A DNA stretch of 64,000 nucleotides from an uncultured archaeon (GCA_964410585.1 CAYPFW010000001.1:352001-416000), one strand, 5' to 3'. Positions 10,540-21,202 are shown, counted from the stretch's first letter. Notes: generated by a model from the sequence alone, not told the origin. A program made the numbers and translations.

Positions 10540-10563
10540 ATTTTCAGTTTTAAAAAAATAATG

Positions 10564-12405
10564 CTACTTTTCATCCTCTACTTTGAAATCAGCGTCCACA
10601 ACATTTTCATCTTTTGGTTTTTCTTCTGCATCTTTTTGTGAACCCGTCTGTTTTGCAGCCTCTTGGTAGATAGCTGTCCCAGCTTCCTGAAGGACTTTGT
10701 GTAGCTTTTCTGTTTCTTCTTTTATTTTTTGTGTGTCTTTACCTTCTAACGCTTTTTTAGCATCTTTTAGGGCAGATTCTATTTTCTCCTTCTGCTCTTT
10801 TGATATTTTGTCTGCCAATTCAGACACAGTTTTTTCTGTTGTGTAAATCAAGGAATCTGCATTATTTTTTATTTCAATTTCCTCTTTCTTTTTTTTGTCT
10901 TCTTCCTCGTGTTCCTTTGCTTGTTTTACCATTTTTTCAACTTCCTTATCAGAAAGTTTTGTGGAGGCTGTGATTGTCATTTTCTGCTCTTTTCCTGTTC
11001 CAAGATCTTTTGCCGATACGTTTAGAATTCCAGATGCGTCTATATCGAAAGTGACTTCTATCTGTGGAACTCCTCTCGGAGCAGGTGGAATACCGACTAA
11101 GTTAAATTGACCGAGACTCGTATTGTCTTGTGCCATTGGTCTTTCACCCTGTAAAACATGAACTGTGACTGCTGTTTGCATATCAGAAGCAGTTGAGAAA
11201 ACTTGGCTCTTTCTTGTCGGTATTGTTGTATTTCTTTCAATCAACGGTGTCATCACGCCGCCCAAAGTTTCTATACCTAAAGTAAGCGGTGTGACATCTA
11301 GAAGAACTAAATCTTTTACATCACCTGCAAGTATGCCTCCTTGAATCGCAGCACCGAGGGCTACACACTCCATTGGATCAACTGATCTTTCAACTTTTTT
11401 GCCAACTTTTTCTTCTATAAATTTTTGTACAATTGGCATCCTTGTTGGACCACCAACCAAAATTATTTTTTTAATATCATTTTTTGTCAGTTTTGCATCT
11501 GCCAAAGCTTGTTCAACTGGATGAATGCATCTTTTGATTATTGGTTCGATTAATTGCTCGAGCTTTGACCTTGTCAATTTTAAATTCAAATGCTTTGGTC
11601 CAGATTGGTCTGCTGTGATATATGGCAGGTTTATATCAGTTTCCAAAACAGTTGACAATTCTATTTTCGCTTTTTCAGCAGCCTCTCTCACTCTTTGCGT
11701 AGCCATTCTATCTTTTTTTAAGTCTACATTTTCCTGCTTTCTGAATTCATCAACTATCCAATCAATAAGAACCAAATCCATATCTGTTCCACCAAGTTGG
11801 GTGTCTCCAGATGTTGAAAGGACAGTGAATGTCCCATCTCCAAACTCCATTATTGTGACATCTAGTGTTCCTCCCCCCAAATCAAAAACAAGTATTTTGT
11901 GCTCGCCTTCCTTATCTAAACCATATGCCATCGAGGCTGCTGTTGGCTCATTCACCAATCTGACAACTTCCAAACCAGCTATTTTTCCAGCATCCTTTGT
12001 TGCTGTTCTTTGGTTATCATTGAAATAAGCAGGCACAGTAATCACAGCTTTTTTGACCTCTTCTCCTAAAAATGCCTCTGCATCTCTTTTTATTTTTTGA
12101 AGGATGAAAGCAGAAATTTGCTGTGGCGTATACTCCTTTCCATAAATCTTATACTTATGATCTGTTCCGATTTTTCTTTTTGCAGCCATCACTGTCCCTT
12201 CTGGATTTGAAACAGCTTGCCTTTTTGCTGGCTCGCCAACTAAAAGCTGACCATCTTTTGTAAAAGCAACAACTGAGGGAAACATTTTTCCTGCCACTGT
12301 AGCCCCCTCTGCTGAAGGAATTATTGTTGGTTTTCCACCTATCATCACAGCTGCCTGTGAGTTTGAAGTTCCCAAGTCAATTCCAATAATTTTCTCTTTT
12401 TTCAT
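10564..12405 (-). CDS. dnaK: Chaperone DnaK
   Basis: [34 protein letters not shown]. Confidence 0.99.
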   Translation of the reverse strand: MKKEKIIGIDLGTSNSQAAVMIGGKPTIIPSAEGATVAGKMFPSVVAFTKDGQLLVGEPAKRQAVSNPEGTVMAAKRKIGTDHKYKIYGKEYTPQQISAFILQKIKRDAEAFLGEEVKKAVITVPAYFNDNQRTATKDAGKIAGLEVVRLVNEPTAASMAYGLDKEGEHKILVFDLGGGTLDVTIMEFGDGTFTVLSTSGDTQLGGTDMDLVLIDWIVDEFRKQENVDLKKDRMATQRVREAAEKAKIELSTVLETDINLPYITADQSGPKHLNLKLTRSKLEQLIEPIIKRCIHPVEQALADAKLTKNDIKKIILVGGPTRMPIVQKFIEEKVGKKVERSVDPMECVALGAAIQGGILAGDVKDLVLLDVTPLTLGIETLGGVMTPLIERNTTIPTRKSQVFSTASDMQTAVTVHVLQGERPMAQDNTSLGQFNLVGIPPAPRGVPQIEVTFDIDASGILNVSAKDLGTGKEQKMTITASTKLSDKEVEKMVKQAKEHEEEDKKKKEEIEIKNNADSLIYTTEKTVSELADKISKEQKEKIESALKDAKKALEGKDTQKIKEETEKLHKVLQEAGTAIYQEAAKQTGSQKDAEEKPKDENVVDADFKVEDEK

Positions 12406-12890
12406 ACTTCATCACCTGATGATATTTTTACCTTTGAATGTCTTATGACTTTTGTTTTTAACATAAATCCTTTTTGAAACTCTTCCAAAATTGTCCCCTC
12501 TTCTTTGTCTGATTTCTCCTTCATCAGGGCCTCATGGTAAAAGGGATCGAATTTTTTTCCTAGCGAATCTATTTGTTTTAAACCATGGGTTTCTAGAATT
12601 TTTAAAAGTTTTTTGTATAATAAACTTAATCCATGTTTGTCTTTTTCGTTTTCGGCTATTTGCACGGCTTTTTCAAAATCGTCTATTAGTGGCAAAAACT
12701 CTTTGACTATCCCTTCATTTGCAAGTTTTATTATATTTTCCTTTTCTTTTTCAAAATTTTTCCTGTAATTGTCAAAATCTGCCTGTAGATATTTTAGCTG
12801 ATTTAACCTTTCATCGGCCAGCTGTGCTTTTTCTTCCAGCTGTTTTTGAATATTTGTAGACTCTTCCTTAGCATTTTTCTTATCGCTCAT
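12402..12890 (-). CDS. grpE: Nucleotide exchange factor GrpE
   Basis: [17 protein letters not shown]; upstream of dnaK. Confidence 0.96.
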   Translation of the reverse strand: MSDKKNAKEESTNIQKQLEEKAQLADERLNQLKYLQADFDNYRKNFEKEKENIIKLANEGIVKEFLPLIDDFEKAVQIAENEKDKHGLSLLYKKLLKILETHGLKQIDSLGKKFDPFYHEALMKEKSDKEEGTILEEFQKGFMLKTKVIRHSKVKISSGDEV

Positions 12891-12931
12891 ATTTTTCCAA
12901 TTTATCAAATTAGAGTTTTTAAATTTTTTAC

Positions 12932-13273
12932 CTAAGCCAACTTGGCGCCGTTTTCGACCCCTTTGTCAGCTGCAGCTAAAACAACGCCACTCTCTGTCAC
13001 AAAACCAGTTGTAAGAACTTCAGAAATAAAGTTCCCAATTTGCTTTGGTGGGAAATTCAAAACACACAAAACCTGCTTTCCAATCAAATCCGCCTTCCTA
13101 TACAGTTTAGTAATTTGTGCACTTGACTTTTTGGTTCCTAAGTCCCCAAAATCTATCCAAAGCTTGTAAGCTGGTTTTTTGGCTTCTGGAAAATCCTCTA
13201 CTTTTATTACTGTACCTATCCGCAGTTCTACTTTTTCAAAATCTGACCAACTTATTGTTTCCATAACGGCCAC
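12932..13273 (-). CDS. csaA: tRNA-binding protein CsaA/Trbp111
   Basis: FEKVELRIG, KPAYKLWIDFG, SSAQIT, NFPPKQIG. Confidence 0.92.
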   Translation of the reverse strand: MAVMETISWSDFEKVELRIGTVIKVEDFPEAKKPAYKLWIDFGDLGTKKSSAQITKLYRKADLIGKQVLCVLNFPPKQIGNFISEVLTTGFVTESGVVLAAADKGVENGAKLA

Positions 13274-13382
13274 AGCGATTGATTGCTTTATGCGCCAAAA
13301 ACGTATTTAAATACCCCACTCAAATATATAAATCTTTTATATCTACTAATAGATTAATTTGAAAAGATAATAGGAGGACATT

Positions 13383-14654
13383 ATGGCAGACAAGCCACAC
13401 ATTAACTTAATAACATTGGGTCACGTAGACCACGGAAAGTCAACATTAGTAGGAAGACTACTTTACGATTCTGGTGCAATACCTGAACAAGAAATGAGAA
13501 AGCTAAAAGAAAAGGCAAAAGAATTGAAAAAAGAAACTTTTGAATTCGCATTTATCATGGACAACCTCAAAGAGGAAAGAGAAAGAGGAGTTACAATCGA
13601 CTTGATGTACAAGGGTTTTGATTCTAACAAATACTTCTTCACACTTATTGATGCTCCGGGCCACAGAGACTTTGTTAAAAACATGATCGTAGGAGCTTCT
13701 CAAGCAGATGCTGCTATACTTGTTGTTTCTGCAAAAGATGGTATACAGGAACAAACAAAAGAACACGCATACTTGTCTAAAGTTTTAGGTATCCAACAAA
13801 TGATTGTTGCAATCAACAAAATGGATGCAGTTGGTTATGACCAAAAAGCATATGAAACAGCAAAAGAAGCAGCAAAGAAATTGCTTTCTTCAATTGGATA
13901 CAAGGTTGATAAAGTACCATTTGTTCCAGTTTCAGGATATGTTGGAGATAATGTTTTCAAGAAATCAGACAACTTAAAATGGTGGACAGGAAACACACTG
14001 ATAGGAACATTCGACGATACTTTAACAGCTCCGGCTAAACTAACAAACAAACCGTTTAGAATGGCTATTCAATCTGTTTTAAACATCACAGGTGTGGGAA
14101 CAGTACCTACTGGAAAAATAGATTCTGGTATTTTGAAACCTCTTGACAAAGTTGTTTTCGAGCCTACTGGCGCTGTGGGTGAAGTCAAATCAATTGAAAT
14201 GCATCACAAATCTGTACCTCAAGCTGAACCAGGCGACAATGTTGGTATAAACGTCAGAGGTGTAGGAAAAACAGATGTCAAAAAAGGTGATGTTATGGGT
14301 TCTGTATCAAGCCCACCAACAGTTGTAAAAGAATTCACAGGACAAATCATTGTTCTACAGCATCCAACAGCAATCACACCAGGATACACACCAGTCTTCC
14401 ACATGCACACAACACACGTTGCTGGAAAGATAGCTGAGGTTGTCAAGAAAATCGACCCAAAAACAGGCGCTGAAGTCACAGTAGACAAGGATATTTTAAG
14501 AACAGGTGACGCAGCAATCATAAAAGTCGTACCAAACACACCTGTTGTTTTGGAGAAGCAGTCTGACTTCCCATCTTTAGCAAAGTTTGCTATCAGAGAC
14601 ATGGGTAAGACAGTCGCTGCTGGAATTTGTCTTGATTACGTGAAGGCCAAATAA
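13383..14654 (+). CDS. tuf: Elongation factor EF-1 alpha
   Basis: GHVDHGKST, ERERGVTID, DAPGHRDF, NKMD. Confidence 0.99.
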   Translation: MADKPHINLITLGHVDHGKSTLVGRLLYDSGAIPEQEMRKLKEKAKELKKETFEFAFIMDNLKEERERGVTIDLMYKGFDSNKYFFTLIDAPGHRDFVKNMIVGASQADAAILVVSAKDGIQEQTKEHAYLSKVLGIQQMIVAINKMDAVGYDQKAYETAKEAAKKLLSSIGYKVDKVPFVPVSGYVGDNVFKKSDNLKWWTGNTLIGTFDDTLTAPAKLTNKPFRMAIQSVLNITGVGTVPTGKIDSGILKPLDKVVFEPTGAVGEVKSIEMHHKSVPQAEPGDNVGINVRGVGKTDVKKGDVMGSVSSPPTVVKEFTGQIIVLQHPTAITPGYTPVFHMHTTHVAGKIAEVVKKIDPKTGAEVTVDKDILRTGDAAIIKVVPNTPVVLEKQSDFPSLAKFAIRDMGKTVAAGICLDYVKAK

Positions 14655-14756
14655 GGCTTTCCACCTTTAATTTTTATTTTTATATTTTCTTGTTCTTTTG
14701 GTTTTTGAAAATCAGACTTAGGTATCTTTTTATCTTCTTTTGATCAATTATTCAGT

Positions 14757-14975
14757 ATGGTTTGGAAAGATGATGAGCAAGTTTTTCATGGAAGAAGAAC
14801 AAAGTATGGTGTGTTTATTCTGATTGCTATTGTGTACATATTCTTGATGTATGCTTTTGCTGAAAGTTTAAAAGTTGACCCGTTGCTCCCAGCCCTAATT
14901 GTCGTTGCGATGGTTTTCCTGCTTCCTGTATGCGTGTTTTTTATAGACAACTTGTTTTACGAAGACCAAACGTAA
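14757..14975 (+). CDS. Small two-TM membrane protein
   Basis: 72 aa ORF with two hydrophobic helices. Confidence 0.6.
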   Translation: MVWKDDEQVFHGRRTKYGVFILIAIVYIFLMYAFAESLKVDPLLPALIVVAMVFLLPVCVFFIDNLFYEDQT

Positions 14976-15003
14976 ATATATATTCTACAACCCAATTACA
15001 GTT

Positions 15004-15462
15004 ATGAAAGCTAAACTAGCCTATATATTTTTAATTGCCGTAGTCGTTTTAATCAGTGGATGCACACAAAACCAACCCACAAAAGATTGTGGAGAGGGAT
15101 CATATGAAGCATCTTCTCAGGCTGATGAGTGTTTTGTTTCTAATCTTGGAGGATGCTCTCCAGCTAAGATGACTATCAAATCAGGTGAAGATGTTTACGG
15201 TCTTGAAATCACTGGACCCCAAAATGGTTGCAAGTTAAAATTATCTATTCTAAAAGCATCAAGTGAAGAGCTTTCAGGACTTGAAGGAAAAGATGTTACA
15301 TGCACCCAAACAAACTTGCAGGAGTTTTCAGATGCTTCTGGTAAGAAGGGTCAGCAAGCTTTAGACTTTGTAAATGATTTGAGACTTGGAATTATTTCAT
15401 CTTCCATAGGAGATATAAATTCATGTGAGGGCAGCCTCAAGGACTATTTTGATAGTTTATGA
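15004..15462 (+). CDS. Putative lipoprotein-like secreted protein
   Basis: Signal peptide ending ISGC; paired Cys. Confidence 0.75.
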   Translation: MKAKLAYIFLIAVVVLISGCTQNQPTKDCGEGSYEASSQADECFVSNLGGCSPAKMTIKSGEDVYGLEITGPQNGCKLKLSILKASSEELSGLEGKDVTCTQTNLQEFSDASGKKGQQALDFVNDLRLGIISSSIGDINSCEGSLKDYFDSL

Positions 15463-17006
15463 AAAAAGTGCTGAGTATTTTGGTAGTTGCAGTTTTGGTT
15501 TTGTCAATTGTGCCTGTAGGGTTTGGACAAACGATTGGATATGTTTGTGATGACGACTTTTGTGGAAGAGGAGTGAAAAGCTATGAAGGCGATGTTAAAG
15601 GATTTAGGAACTGTGTAAGTTCTTATGCTCCTTATGATGAGGGTCCATGCAGCAAGGTTTGGGAAGAATGTGAGAAAGAAGAGGAACAGAAATCAAAAGA
15701 ATATAAAAAATGTCTCGATGCAAATCCAAATTCACCTGATCCTTTTGAACTTTTTGATTTCTGCCACAAACAAGCATATGGGGAAGACTGGGAAGGATGT
15801 TCCCCAGTTCTGGATAAATGTGCAGAAGCAGTACTTATTCCTAATTGTTTTGAGAAAGCTGAAGAGAACTGCGACGAATTACAAAGACAGATAGACGAAA
15901 AGGAAAGAGAAATACTTGACAAAACAAATCACCTTTGGGAAGACTTTGATAGGCTTACTAACCAACTAAATGAGGAAAAGAATACGGATATCAAAAGACT
16001 GCATAATTGGCAAACAGAATTGGAAGAAGCAATAGATTATGAAAAGTCCAGATTAGGCAAAGGGCAAGATGATAATAAAATAAATGAAAACTTAAGAGTA
16101 TTAGAGGATGAATTCAATCATGTATCAAAGGTTCTAAATGAGTTGGGAGGAATAGAAGAATTTAACAGACTTCTAGATCAAAGAGATAGAAAATATGATG
16201 AAATACACAATTTAGCAGAGCCTTTGTTTGAAGAGCTAAGGCAACTAAGACAAAAATTAATACAAAAAAAAGCAGACACAAGTTCTCAAAATAGTTGTAA
16301 GCCAACTGAAGGGGAAATACAAGTCCCAACTAGTGGGACAAATGTCGACGAATTTACAGTTGAAGTTATTAGAGAAACCAGAAAAATTGGCAATTTAATT
16401 ATAAGGACATCCCCATTCACGACTGCTATACTTGATCTGAATATTCTTTCACCATCAACATTCACAGCAACTTTTGATAGAGCCAAAATAGAGGTCAGTA
16501 AAGGAAATCTAGTTGCTAAAACTGATAAAGAGGCAAAGCCCGCACCAAAAGTCTACCCAATATCAAAAACAGTTGAAGAACTAAACATTAATTTGAACAA
16601 AGCAAAATCAATTGAGGATGCGTTTAATGTCATAAACAAGGTAGATGGTTTGAAATCAAACGATATTATAGTAAAAATTAATAATTTTGAAGAAATTAGT
16701 TTTAGTGACTTACAAAACTATTTTGAAGCAATTAATGGCCGATTGAGATCAGCAAAAGGAAAAATAGAAGCTGCCTTTAAATCAGGTAAAGCAGAGAACG
16801 AGATACGCGACATCATAAACTTTGAAAATAGCTATTTTATTCAAATCTCGGGGCAAAACAATGACCATGTTGAAATAAGAAATACATTTTCCCAACAAAC
16901 CAGGTTTTTCGATGAAATGATCAATTATTATGATTCTCTAAGGGACCCATCAACCAGAACTCTTGGTGAAGCTCGAGGAAGTTCGTTTACTCAGGGTGCA
17001 AGATAA
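15459..17006 (+). CDS. Secreted hypothetical protein, Cys-rich N-terminal domain plus coiled coil
   Basis: Signal peptide; many Cys in the first 140 aa; E/K-rich helical region. Confidence 0.75.
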   Translation: MKKVLSILVVAVLVLSIVPVGFGQTIGYVCDDDFCGRGVKSYEGDVKGFRNCVSSYAPYDEGPCSKVWEECEKEEEQKSKEYKKCLDANPNSPDPFELFDFCHKQAYGEDWEGCSPVLDKCAEAVLIPNCFEKAEENCDELQRQIDEKEREILDKTNHLWEDFDRLTNQLNEEKNTDIKRLHNWQTELEEAIDYEKSRLGKGQDDNKINENLRVLEDEFNHVSKVLNELGGIEEFNRLLDQRDRKYDEIHNLAEPLFEELRQLRQKLIQKKADTSSQNSCKPTEGEIQVPTSGTNVDEFTVEVIRETRKIGNLIIRTSPFTTAILDLNILSPSTFTATFDRAKIEVSKGNLVAKTDKEAKPAPKVYPISKTVEELNINLNKAKSIEDAFNVINKVDGLKSNDIIVKINNFEEISFSDLQNYFEAINGRLRSAKGKIEAAFKSGKAENEIRDIINFENSYFIQISGQNNDHVEIRNTFSQQTRFFDEMINYYDSLRDPSTRTLGEARGSSFTQGAR

Positions 17007-17037
17007 GTAGTCGTTTTAGTAGAAAATTCTAAGAAAT

Positions 17038-18021
17038 CTAAACACCTTGCTGAGAATCCAAAACAATTTGTTCGACTTTTATTGGATGTTCAACTGCTGG
17101 CATTCTGATTGCCTTTCTAAAGAATATTAGCCTTTTCTTAGGTCCTGGAACAGATCCTTCAACCAAAACATAGGGACCATTAACAACACCATACTCCAAA
17201 AACCCACCTTTAGGTGTTACATTTCCAGATCCAATTTTCAAGATTCTTTTATTGTATTCTGTCCTTGTTTGGAAACCCATTTGACCTGCTTCTGGAATTT
17301 TTCCTGGCAAAACCCTGTTTGGTGTATAAGGTCCTAAAGTTCCTGTATGCCTCATTTTCAATTTACTCTTCCTATTTCTGACCTTTATTCCAAATCTTTT
17401 TACAGGACCTTGGAAACCTTTGCCTGTGTCTATTGCTTTTACATCAACATATTCGCCTTCTTTTACAACTTCTTCTGGTTTTATTTCCTGCCCTAATTTT
17501 TGTTTTGCATATGCAAATTTAGAAGCAACATCACCAGATAAATCAACTTCAAAAAGCTCTGGACGCTTTTTCCCTAAACCAGATTCTTTTGGTTTTGTGT
17601 GTACAAGAAGCCTAATTTCAGAAATTTTGTCTAAAGACTTTTCAACCAATTCCAATCTTTTCTTATCATGCTCCTTTGGTAAGAACGTTTTTCTTCGAAG
17701 ATTTTTATCCAATTTTTCAGAAAGAATGAGAGTCTTTTCTTTCAATCCATATGGTGTTTTTGAAAACGCTTTAAAACCAGCGACAACAAGAGAAGGAGTC
17801 TCTAAAACAGTCACTGCCTTTAGGATTTCATGTCCTTGGGAAACGCTTTTTTTGGTTTCAACAAAGCTAACTTGAGTCATTCCAGCTTTGTAACCAGCAA
17901 ATATCAACGGCCTTGCTTCCTTTTTGTCTGAAGATGCACGCAAAATTGGATAGATTCTTTTGGCTCTCTTTTTCGGCCAAAATCCCCTGCTTCCTGCTCT
18001 TGGTTTATGATGCTTAGCCAT
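17038..18021 (-). CDS. rpl3: 50S ribosomal protein uL3
   Basis: PRAGSRGFWPKKRA, GYKAGMT, GKGFQGPVKRFG, GSVPG. Confidence 0.98.
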   Translation of the reverse strand: MAKHHKPRAGSRGFWPKKRAKRIYPILRASSDKKEARPLIFAGYKAGMTQVSFVETKKSVSQGHEILKAVTVLETPSLVVAGFKAFSKTPYGLKEKTLILSEKLDKNLRRKTFLPKEHDKKRLELVEKSLDKISEIRLLVHTKPKESGLGKKRPELFEVDLSGDVASKFAYAKQKLGQEIKPEEVVKEGEYVDVKAIDTGKGFQGPVKRFGIKVRNRKSKLKMRHTGTLGPYTPNRVLPGKIPEAGQMGFQTRTEYNKRILKIGSGNVTPKGGFLEYGVVNGPYVLVEGSVPGPKKRLIFFRKAIRMPAVEHPIKVEQIVLDSQQGV

Positions 18022-18103
18022 AACCTTTTTTGAGAAAAAGGTTAATCAAAAAAGGAGGCTAAAATTTGCTTCGCTGTTGCTCGCAAATTTTTACGCCTTC
18101 CGC
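18021..18103 (-). repeat. Family A mini-element (copy A3)
   Basis: Ends AAAAGGTT-ATG, flush with the rpl3 start. Confidence 0.9.
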
Positions 18104-18206
18104 GATTACCTCTCTCATGAATAAGTATTCTATAAATAGCAGGGGAGGGTTTATATATTTGAATTCAGATCCCCTAGTAATTTATTTCTGCCTATTAAAT
18201 AAGTCA

Positions 18207-19025
18207 ATGAAACTTTCTGTTCTTACTTGGAATATTTGGGACACCCCATACTTTGGCTCTAGAAAAAACAGCCAGAGGTTGGACAGTTTTATTGACTATT
18301 TGTATATGAGAGTGCCTGAGATTATTTTTATCCAGGAATCTTTTGATCCAAGCAGAAGGGCTGTCTTTCTTTCAAATTTAGAAACATGTGCTCTCGGTTA
18401 CAATGTGCCAAAAAATGCTAGCGAAGAGAGGAGGATTCTGGGACTGATCCCATTTTTTGATGCAACAGGCGGACTTATCACACTTTCCAAATATCCAATC
18501 ACATCTTCTGATTTTCATGCGTTTGAGACGAGTGGAAGAAGCTTTGATGAGAGGTTTTGCGGAAAAGGATATACAAAAACTTTTGTAAATACACCAAACG
18601 GAGAGGTTCTTGTTGTAAATACACACCTATCAAATAGGCCGCAGGATGTGGAAATAAGAGTAGCTCAACTAGAACAGTTGCTGCAAGAACTAAGAGATGT
18701 TGAGGCTCCTATTTTTCTTGGAGGAGATTTCAATACAACTAGATTCTTAGATGGAACAGGAGAGCAAACAGAAGAATTTGAGATGATTGAAGACGCTGGT
18801 TTCGCAGATAGTTTAGTTGGAAGGGAAGAGGATTTTGAAACCTTTTCCCATAGCAATGTGTATAGCCACTATCCTGAACATGGAAGAATTGATTTTGTTT
18901 TCTACAAGGAAGGAAAAGAAGTTAGAATAAATCCCCGAAGATCCCAAATGCTTGGAACAGATATACCAATTTCAGACCACTATGGATATTTGGCTGAGTT
19001 TGAAGTTGGTAGAGAAAAAGTTTAG
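18207..19025 (+). CDS. Endonuclease/exonuclease/phosphatase (EEP) family protein
   Basis: LTWNI, IQE, NTHL, GGDFN, RIDF, SDH motifs; start moved to MKLSV. Confidence 0.9.
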   Translation: MKLSVLTWNIWDTPYFGSRKNSQRLDSFIDYLYMRVPEIIFIQESFDPSRRAVFLSNLETCALGYNVPKNASEERRILGLIPFFDATGGLITLSKYPITSSDFHAFETSGRSFDERFCGKGYTKTFVNTPNGEVLVVNTHLSNRPQDVEIRVAQLEQLLQELRDVEAPIFLGGDFNTTRFLDGTGEQTEEFEMIEDAGFADSLVGREEDFETFSHSNVYSHYPEHGRIDFVFYKEGKEVRINPRRSQMLGTDIPISDHYGYLAEFEVGREKV

Positions 19026-19110
19026 TGGAAGCCGTAAAATTTTCTGAGCCACAGCGAAGGAAAATTTAGGCTCCTGTTTTTGCATAAGCTTTTTTCCCAG
19101 AAAAAGCTTA
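19025..19110 (+). repeat. Family A mini-element (copy A4)
   Basis: GGAAGCC..GGCTCC variant; spans exactly from the EEP TAG to the rps11 TAA. Confidence 0.9.
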
Positions 19111-19503
19111 CACTCTTCGTCCTCTTCTTCCACCCTTGGCCCTCGTTGCGTCGTGTGGTATTGGTGTTGAGTTTTCTATAGAAAGAACTCTTAATCCTGA
19201 CCTAAGCAAAGCTCTTATTGCTGGCTGAGCACCTTCGCCTGGGATTCTTTTTTTGTTTCCGCCCTGTGCTCTGATTTTAAGATGAACAGCATTTATTCCT
19301 TTTGCTACAGCCTCTTCCCCTGCTTTCTTAGCCGCAAGCATTGATGGAAAAGCCTTTCCCTTATCTTTATCCCTGTTTGTCATCATTCCACCAGAGAACC
19401 TAGATATTGTTTCAGCTCCACTGATGTCTGTTATGTGGACTATTGTATTATTTGAGGATGAAAAAATATATGCAACCCCAAGTTTCTGTCTTTGTTCTGC
19501 CAT
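19108..19503 (-). CDS. rps11: 30S ribosomal protein uS11
   Basis: [27 protein letters not shown]. Confidence 0.98.
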   Translation of the reverse strand: MAEQRQKLGVAYIFSSSNNTIVHITDISGAETISRFSGGMMTNRDKDKGKAFPSMLAAKKAGEEAVAKGINAVHLKIRAQGGNKKRIPGEGAQPAIRALLRSGLRVLSIENSTPIPHDATRAKGGRRGRRV

Positions 19504-19545
19504 ATTGAGTGAAAAGCCATTATGTTATAATGGCCAGCTACTGAA

Positions 19546-20079
19546 CTACTGATTACCTCCTTCTTTTTCTGCAGGAGCTACTGGTTCTGCTGCAGGCTTT
19601 TCTTTAGCATGGAATTTCTTAGTCGAACCTTCAAACATTCTCAGTTCTGCTTCCTCACTAACAGGAAGAAGATATGAAGGGAAGTTAACTGTCCTTCCAC
19701 CAACTTCTATGTGACCATGAGCAATCATTTGCCTTGCTTGTTTTTGAGTTTTTGCAATGCCTTTTTTGAAAACAAGCGTTTGAAGCCTTCTGTTCAAAAT
19801 TGTCTGCAAGCTTAAAGATAAAACATCATCAAGTGTGGCATTCTCTTTGACCATACCCAATTGTACAAGCTTGTCTATAAGCTCTTTTTCTTTTTTCTTA
19901 TCTTTCAGGGCTGTAAGTTCTCTTGCCCTTGTTCTGAACTCCCTCAAAATACTTTTAGCTCTCCATATTTCTCTTTTTCTTCTAAGACCGAACTCTTCTA
20001 AGATTTTTTTATCCTCAGCTATAAGATTTGCATTCCAAATCATTCGCGGTCTTCTGGATTTGTTTTTAATATTTCGCAT
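19546..20079 (-). CDS. rps4: 30S ribosomal protein uS4
   Basis: FGLRRKREIW, RRLQT, ARQMIAHGHI. Confidence 0.97.
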   Translation of the reverse strand: MRNIKNKSRRPRMIWNANLIAEDKKILEEFGLRRKREIWRAKSILREFRTRARELTALKDKKKEKELIDKLVQLGMVKENATLDDVLSLSLQTILNRRLQTLVFKKGIAKTQKQARQMIAHGHIEVGGRTVNFPSYLLPVSEEAELRMFEGSTKKFHAKEKPAAEPVAPAEKEGGNQ

Positions 20080-20223
20080 AACCTTTTGTCCCAAATCTGC
20101 ATCTCCAATTATATTGTTGCAGAGATGTCTCGTGTCCTACGCACTCTGCGAGACACGAAGGTTAATCAAAACAGGAGCCTATTTTTTCTTCGTCTGCTGA
20201 CTCGAAAAAATTGCGGCTTCCAC
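20079..20223 (-). repeat. Family A mini-element (copy A5) carrying nested B1
   Basis: Removing 20096-20158 restores the hairpin AACCTTTTG TCC CAAAAGGTT; flush with the rps4 ATG. Confidence 0.9.
20096..20158 (+). repeat. Family B mini-element (copy B1)
   Basis: TCTGCATCTC-N12-TGCAGAGATG-TCTCGTG-N15-GAGACACGA. Confidence 0.9.
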
Positions 20224-20240
20224 CGACTAACCTCAATTTA

Positions 20241-20828
20241 TTATTTTTTGCCTCCTGCAGGTGCAGCTGCTGGTGCTTCTTTCTTATGTGCGACACCAAC
20301 TGTCCTTCCTTTTCTACCAGATGATTTTGTCCTCTGTCCTCTAACAGGAAGACCATATGAATGTCTTATTCCCTTGTATGATTTCATTTTCTTCATTTTG
20401 TTTATGTCTGTATTTTTTACCAAGTCTAATTGTGAAACAATTAAATGTGATGTTAGTCCTGTTTCTGGATCCCTTCTTCTGTTTGTGATCCATGGTGGCA
20501 GATTGTATTTCAGAGGATTTGTGATCATATTTTCCAATTCATTGATTTCTGCTTCAGAAAGATCAGCTAATTTTTTTTCAGCAAATGGACAGACGTGTGT
20601 AATTGCATTTGCGAACATAAAACTGACGCCTTTTATTTGTCTTATCCCTTTGCTCAAGCTTAGATTGCCATCCAAATCTGTTTCTAGAAACCTAACTATT
20701 TGCTCAGCTCTTTTTTCTTTTGGTTTTCCAGATTCTTTTTCTTTTAGTTTTTTCTCTGCCTTTTGCTGTTCTATTTCCTTTCTTCGTGCTTCCTTTTCAG
20801 GATCTTCCTTAACCTTATCTTTACCCAT
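20241..20828 (-). CDS. rps13: 30S ribosomal protein uS13
   Basis: IVRFLETDLDG, NRRRDPETG, SYKGIRH, GLPVRGQRT. Confidence 0.98.
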   Translation of the reverse strand: MGKDKVKEDPEKEARRKEIEQQKAEKKLKEKESGKPKEKRAEQIVRFLETDLDGNLSLSKGIRQIKGVSFMFANAITHVCPFAEKKLADLSEAEINELENMITNPLKYNLPPWITNRRRDPETGLTSHLIVSQLDLVKNTDINKMKKMKSYKGIRHSYGLPVRGQRTKSSGRKGRTVGVAHKKEAPAAAPAGGKK

Positions 20829-20943
20829 TAACTCACCAAATAGATTGTTTATTAGGAATGATATATTAGGGATTTATATATTTATAAATGATAAGAGCGT
20901 GCAGCCCTAAGCAAGCCTTTCAAATATTGGTTTCTGAATTTTA

Positions 20944-21181
20944 TGCGGGAGGTGAGATTTTCAGGTTCATTTTGTATAGTAGTTTCTTTGAACGTGCAGG
21001 GCTTTCTTTTCTAAAGAAAGCGGTGCTTTTGAACTCACGAAGTCATTTCTCATCCTTTTCCGGGCGCGCTTTGGTTTATGCACAGAAAAGGGTGCTAAGA
21101 CACAAGGCCCTCAACCTTGCAGAAAGGGTCCAAAAACAATGACTCTATATTGTTTTTGTTTGGCCACTATCTGACCCCCGC
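20944..21181 (-). tRNA. tRNA-Leu(GAG) with three non-canonical BHB introns (21125-21159 D-loop, 21046-21094 variable arm, 20958-21027 T-loop)
   Basis: Spliced 84 nt: GCGGGGG TC AGA TAGTGGCCAAT TCT G CAAGG TTGAGGG CCTTG TGTCTTAGTGACTTC GTGAG TTCAAAT CTCAC CTCCCGC A. All stems pair, and BHB-like motifs occur at each junction. Confidence 0.9.
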
Positions 21182-21202
21182 ATTTTATTTTGTAGAGTAG
21201 TT

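Noticed and set aside
20086-20910. Long antisense ORFs (for example 274 aa over rps13, 216 aa over rrp42, 167 aa over dnaK)
   Set aside because: Shadow frames of well-supported genes
20888-21181. 84-aa ORF, or RNase P/SRP RNA
   Set aside because: The region resolves cleanly into a triple-intron tRNA-Leu on the minus strand
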